Shown here one piece after another: positions 60,040-64,000 of a stretch of 64,000 nucleotides of DNA. Source of the stretch: a bacterium. Lineage in GTDB: Bacteria; UBA8248. The DNA is taken from NCBI GenBank assembly GCA_965202625.1, contig CBDBBI010000010.1:1376001-1440000 (forward strand), in the 5' to 3' direction. The translations under genes were made by a program, and so were the position numbers. The number at the start of each line of letters is the position of its first letter. Within the stretch, counting starts at the first letter, position 1. Below the pieces are notes generated by a model. That model was not told the DNA's origin, made no database searches, and was given only the letters and a program-made list of their open reading frames with translations.

Positions 60040-61970
60040 CTTTTCAGCTCCAAATACCACGCACCGAGCGGCGTGATGCGCAAGACGTCCCCCTTCATCT
60101 GCGCCAGTCCGCCGCGCAGAGCCTCTTTTTGCACCCAGGCGGCTCGAACGGACGTGCCGAAGCGGTCCCCTGCGTCCGCGCCCAAGCAGGCGTTGACGGC
60201 CACTGCGTCCATATCCCGCTCCTTCAAATCTTCGAGCAGACGAATCTCCGCCTTGGCACCGGGGGAGGCTTCATCCTTCATCCGCCTTAATATCTCTCGC
60301 AACGCGTCCTCTCCCACGGCAGAGAGCCTCTCCGCCCAAGCCTGAGGCCCCCTGAGCACGACGCCGGTTCTGCTCTCCGTCCCTGAGTTCCTCACATAGA
60401 CCGCTCCCAGCGGCGCGCCCGCCTCATCCTCCAAAGCGAGATACATGACCTCGGCGTCATCCTCAAGCGGTGCCCAGCGCGGGACGGCGACTCCCGAGAA
60501 AGCCGCTTTCGCGCTCGCCATCAACCTCTCCCCCACCTCTTTCCACGCGGGCGCGCAGGGCGCGAGACGGCTTCTATCCACGTGATAGGCGTAACAGGAT
60601 CGCTTGAACCCTCGAGGATACGGCGCGGCGACCGACGCATATCCCTCCTTCAGACCGACGTCCTGAAAAAGCCCGCGCACCGCCGCGCAAGTGTTGAGAA
60701 AGCTTTTCAGGCCATCTCCCACCGCGATCCTGTGCTCCTCGCCCGCCGCGTTGGCGAGCAGGCCCGGAACGAGCGTATGGCCCGACGTCTCGCCCCCCAT
60801 CACGAAGCGCTCTCCCCATTTAAGGGCTTCGCGCAAAATCCACTTGTCCCCCACGGGGGTGAACGTCACCTGAAGTCCCATGCGCGTCAGAGCCGCCGCC
60901 ACGCCCGAATCGCTCTCTATCGTGAGGGCGGCCACGCCGCCCCTGGCCAGTTCGCCTTCTCGCTTGAGAAAGCGGGCCTGCAAGAGGAGCGCATCATCTC
61001 CATCCAGAACGTGAATCGCGTCCTGAAAAGGGTCGTAGATAAGGGCGTAGCTCCTGTCGCCATCGGCGTCGAGGACGCATGCCGCAGCCAAGGCGTCGCC
61101 GCGCCGCAGCGCATCCGCGCGCGCCCAACCCACCTCGAAAAGAGCGGCCACGCCCGCGTGGGCGCGAATGAGGTCCGCCTCCGCCTTCCGAACGACGCGC
61201 CTGCCCTCAAGGGCGACCACGCCGCCGCCCTCGTTCACGCGCCCCTCACCCAGGGAGTTCACCTCCCTGACGCGCAACGGGGATAATTCCTCCAGAACCT
61301 GGGCGGCCAGCCCGCTCCATGCTCCCGCCGCTGCGTCAACAACCAAGTCCCATCGGGCCAGGTCGCCCTCGCGCAGCCAGCAATTCGGCAATCGGGCGAT
61401 ATGATCCAGATAAAATGCGCGGGCCTCCGCCGCTGATTCCACAAACCGGCCGCTCTCGGACGCTCGCGCCACCACATCCCAGTCGCGCGCCCGAACGCGG
61501 GCGCTGAGCGCCGCATCCTCATTCGGCAGGGGTTTCGTGGAACCAGGAGACAAGAAGATTTTAACGCCGTTTTGATCTGCCGGGTTGTGAGAGGCGGTGA
61601 GCACCAACGCGCCCGACCCGCCAACGCCCGCCATATAGGCCGCAACCACAGGGGTGGGCATGACGCCCGTAGAGAGAACGTGCGCACCGGAGCGCAACAG
61701 ACCGCGCGCGCACGCGCTGGACAGCTCCCCCCCCTCATCCCTTGGATCCCAGGCCAGCACCACCACAGCGGGAGAGATGAGCCTCTCGGAGGCTCTCTCC
61801 AGCAACCAGGCGCCGGCCTCAAAGACATAATGCTCAATGAACCTCGGCGTGATAACCCCATTTTCCAGAAAGGCCGTGCACGCGTCAACGCCCATCGCCC
61901 GCGGATCTACCTCATCCACCACAAGGCCGCGAATTCCGTCCGTTCCCTGGAATTTCACGTTCGGCGTCAA
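60036..61970 (-). CDS. glmM: Phosphohexomutase, extended phosphoglucosamine mutase-like
   Basis: GTDGIRG, TASHNP, DADGDR, VGDK, GGETSGH, RNSGTE; next to glmS. Confidence 0.8.
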   Translation of the reverse strand: MTPNVKFQGTDGIRGLVVDEVDPRAMGVDACTAFLENGVITPRFIEHYVFEAGAWLLERASERLISPAVVVLAWDPRDEGGELSSACARGLLRSGAHVLSTGVMPTPVVAAYMAGVGGSGALVLTASHNPADQNGVKIFLSPGSTKPLPNEDAALSARVRARDWDVVARASESGRFVESAAEARAFYLDHIARLPNCWLREGDLARWDLVVDAAAGAWSGLAAQVLEELSPLRVREVNSLGEGRVNEGGGVVALEGRRVVRKAEADLIRAHAGVAALFEVGWARADALRRGDALAAACVLDADGDRSYALIYDPFQDAIHVLDGDDALLLQARFLKREGELARGGVAALTIESDSGVAAALTRMGLQVTFTPVGDKWILREALKWGERFVMGGETSGHTLVPGLLANAAGEEHRIAVGDGLKSFLNTCAAVRGLFQDVGLKEGYASVAAPYPRGFKRSCYAYHVDRSRLAPCAPAWKEVGERLMASAKAAFSGVAVPRWAPLEDDAEVMYLALEDEAGAPLGAVYVRNSGTESRTGVVLRGPQAWAERLSAVGEDALREILRRMKDEASPGAKAEIRLLEDLKERDMDAVAVNACLGADAGDRFGTSVRAAWVQKEALRGGLAQMKGDVLRITPLGAWYLELKR

Positions 61971-61984
61971 GGAAGGGAAAACCC

Positions 61985-63808
61985 TTATGCGACTGTTACC
62001 GACTTCGCCAGGGCGCGCGGCCTGTCGACGTCACGCTTGAGTGCCACCGCGAGGAAGTAGGCCAGCAGCTGACCTGAGACCAGATGAAGGAAAGGCGCGA
62101 GCAGCGGAGACACTCTCGGCAACACGATCTCCTCGTTGAACAACCCCTCCGTCGCTCCGTCTCCCTCGAAGCGACATCCCAGGACGAAGCCGCCGCGCGC
62201 GCGAATCTCCTCCGCGCTGCTTCGAGTGAGCGCGTGCAGCTCCGCCTCCTCGGGCGTCGGCATCAAGATGATGGTGTCCATGTGCGCATCTATGAGGGAA
62301 ATGGTGCCATGCTTGAGAAAACCCGCGCTCATCCCCTCCGCGTGGAGATAGGTGATCTCCTTCATCTTGAGAGCGCATTCGAGCGCGGCGGGATAATAAA
62401 CGCCGCGTCCCAGATAGAGGCAGTTCTTCATGTGCTGACGCTCCCGTGCCACCGCGTGCACGAAACCCGAGCGCTCGTTGAGCGTCTCCAGCACCAAATC
62501 CGCCAGAGAGGAAACCTCTTTCCTCATCTCCACGACTTCCCGCTCGCTCAGGCGTTTTCGGAGCAGGCCCAGCTCCATCGACGCAAGCAGAAGGATGACC
62601 GCCTGGCTCAGGGCCGCCTTGGTGCTGACGACGCCTTTCTCGGGGCCTGCGCCCTGCAACACAGCAACGTCCGCCGAGCGCACCAGAGTGGAGCCCATCA
62701 CGTTCACGATGCCCGCCGTCCTAGCGCCTTTTGATTTCGCGTGACGAAGCGCGCTCAAGGTGTCATAGGTCTCCCCCGACTGACTCATGGCGCAAAAGCC
62801 ATCCTCCGGGCCGATTTCCGCGATCTGGGAGAATTCATCCGTGCTGACGACGGGCAGATATTTTCCGCCCAGCCGACTAAAAAAATACTGGCCCATGAGC
62901 GCAACGTAGTAGGTCGTTCCCACGCCGCCCAAGAAGCAATGCCGCGATTCGAGCGTTATCTCCGCCAAAGCCCGGATATTTTCCCGAGATATCTGGAGGG
63001 CGGAGCGGACGGTGGAGGGCTGATCGTAAATTTCCTTGAGCATGAAATGCGGATAAGCACCCCGACGCGCCTCCTCCGCCTGCCATTCAATCTCGGTGAC
63101 TTGCTTGTCGATTCTCTCTCGCGTGAGCAGGCTCTTGACCACGTAGCTATCAGGCGTGAGAAGCGCATACTCCCCGTCTTCCATGATGATCGCCCGCTGG
63201 GTGAACTCGCAGAACGCGCTGAAATCAGAGCCAACGTAGTTCGCCTCATCACCCAGTCCGAGGATGAGGGGCGACTCGCGTCTCGCGCAGAAAATCGTCC
63301 CCGGCGCGTCCACGCAAATCACTGCCAAGGCGAACGTGCCCTCGAGCTCCTCAAGAGACTCGACCAGCCCCTCCTCCACGTTTCGGCCATTTTTCGTCAT
63401 TTGCTCGGACAGCAGGTGCGCGACGACCTCCGAATCGGTATCGGAACGAAAAACGGCGCCGCCTTCTTGCAGCTGCTCCCGCAACTCCTTGTAATTCGAA
63501 ATGATGCCGTTGTGGACCACGGCCAGACGGCTTCCATTGTCCGGGTGCGGATGCGCGTTCTCCCGCCTCACGCCGCCATGCGTCGCCCAGCGCGTATGCG
63601 CGATGCCGACTCGTCCCTTCATGTCCGAGAAGCATTCAGTGGAATTCACCTTTTCCACGGTGCCCACATTCTTTCGGATGTCGATGCGCCCGTTTTCCTG
63701 AATCGCCATGCCGCAGGAGTCATAGCCTCTATATTCCAGGGCGGCTATCGCGAGCAGAAGTTTTTGCGAAACGTTGGCACCCGACGCTATTCCCGCTATC
63801 CCGCACAT
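61985..63808 (-). CDS. glmS: Glutamine-fructose-6-phosphate transaminase
   Basis: MCGI, EYRGYDS, HTRWATHG, SQSGET, LKMKE, LAKSVT. Confidence 0.96.
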   Translation of the reverse strand: MCGIAGIASGANVSQKLLLAIAALEYRGYDSCGMAIQENGRIDIRKNVGTVEKVNSTECFSDMKGRVGIAHTRWATHGGVRRENAHPHPDNGSRLAVVHNGIISNYKELREQLQEGGAVFRSDTDSEVVAHLLSEQMTKNGRNVEEGLVESLEELEGTFALAVICVDAPGTIFCARRESPLILGLGDEANYVGSDFSAFCEFTQRAIIMEDGEYALLTPDSYVVKSLLTRERIDKQVTEIEWQAEEARRGAYPHFMLKEIYDQPSTVRSALQISRENIRALAEITLESRHCFLGGVGTTYYVALMGQYFFSRLGGKYLPVVSTDEFSQIAEIGPEDGFCAMSQSGETYDTLSALRHAKSKGARTAGIVNVMGSTLVRSADVAVLQGAGPEKGVVSTKAALSQAVILLLASMELGLLRKRLSEREVVEMRKEVSSLADLVLETLNERSGFVHAVARERQHMKNCLYLGRGVYYPAALECALKMKEITYLHAEGMSAGFLKHGTISLIDAHMDTIILMPTPEEAELHALTRSSAEEIRARGGFVLGCRFEGDGATEGLFNEEIVLPRVSPLLAPFLHLVSGQLLAYFLAVALKRDVDRPRALAKSVTVA

Positions 63809-63809
63809 G

Positions 63810-64000
63810 CTAACTTCCTCTCGTCGGATAGGTGCAATAATGCGGAACGCTCTCGCCGGGCGGAACGACCGTGCCCGGGGCCAGCGTGTTCGAGGCGCCC
63901 ACCCGCGCCCCGTCTCCCAAAAAAGCGCCCACCTTGTCCAGGCCGGTATCGACGTTTCCCTCGGGCATCCGCACCTCGACGCGAGAGCGATCCAGATGCT
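63810..64000 (-). CDS. 3' end of a second LbH/GlmU-like protein (partial)
   Basis: Manual translation ...VDTGLDKVGAFLGDGARVGASNTLAPGTVVP...RGS*, stop 1 nt before glmS ATG. Confidence 0.7.
   Translation of the reverse strand, partial: HLDRSRVEVRMPEGNVDTGLDKVGAFLGDGARVGASNTLAPGTVVPPGESVPHYCTYPTRGS

Overview
Bacterial chromosome window with two parts. (1) 1-33.6 kb is a visibly more AT-rich, entirely minus-strand surface-glycan locus running away from a tRNA-Glu gene. It contains PseB, three NeuB-type nonulosonate synthases, five cytidylyltransferase domains (two in fusions), a DegT aminotransferase, a GNAT, a methyltransferase, an N-acetyl-sugar amidotransferase paired with a GatA-like amidase, a LarA (nickel-pincer) racemase, several uncharacterised GT-B-like proteins, an ABC flippase, a Wzz/Wzc-like protein, two decayed genes and long G/C homopolymer tracts. 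(2) 34-64 kb is mostly core or metabolic genes: DMT transporter, M20 hydrolase, acyl-CoA ligase, amtB-glnK, CMD/cyclase/cbtB, PhzF, MOSC, an HMGS-DUF35 fusion plus thiolase, futalosine-type menaquinone genes, gatC, pcrA, and glmM/glmS with archaeal-like LbH proteins. The best candidates for an undescribed system are a four-gene operon at 38.6-43.0 kb and the glycan-tailoring module. The operon couples an atypical secreted di-heme cytochrome c (bCcP/MauG-like, lacking the canonical Trp and Met/Tyr) to a PhnDCE-like ABC importer with an altered binding pocket, behind a Fur-box-like site. The module is LarA + amidotransferase + amidase + methyltransferase + GNAT inside the glycan locus. All calls come from motif reading only; no database searches were run.
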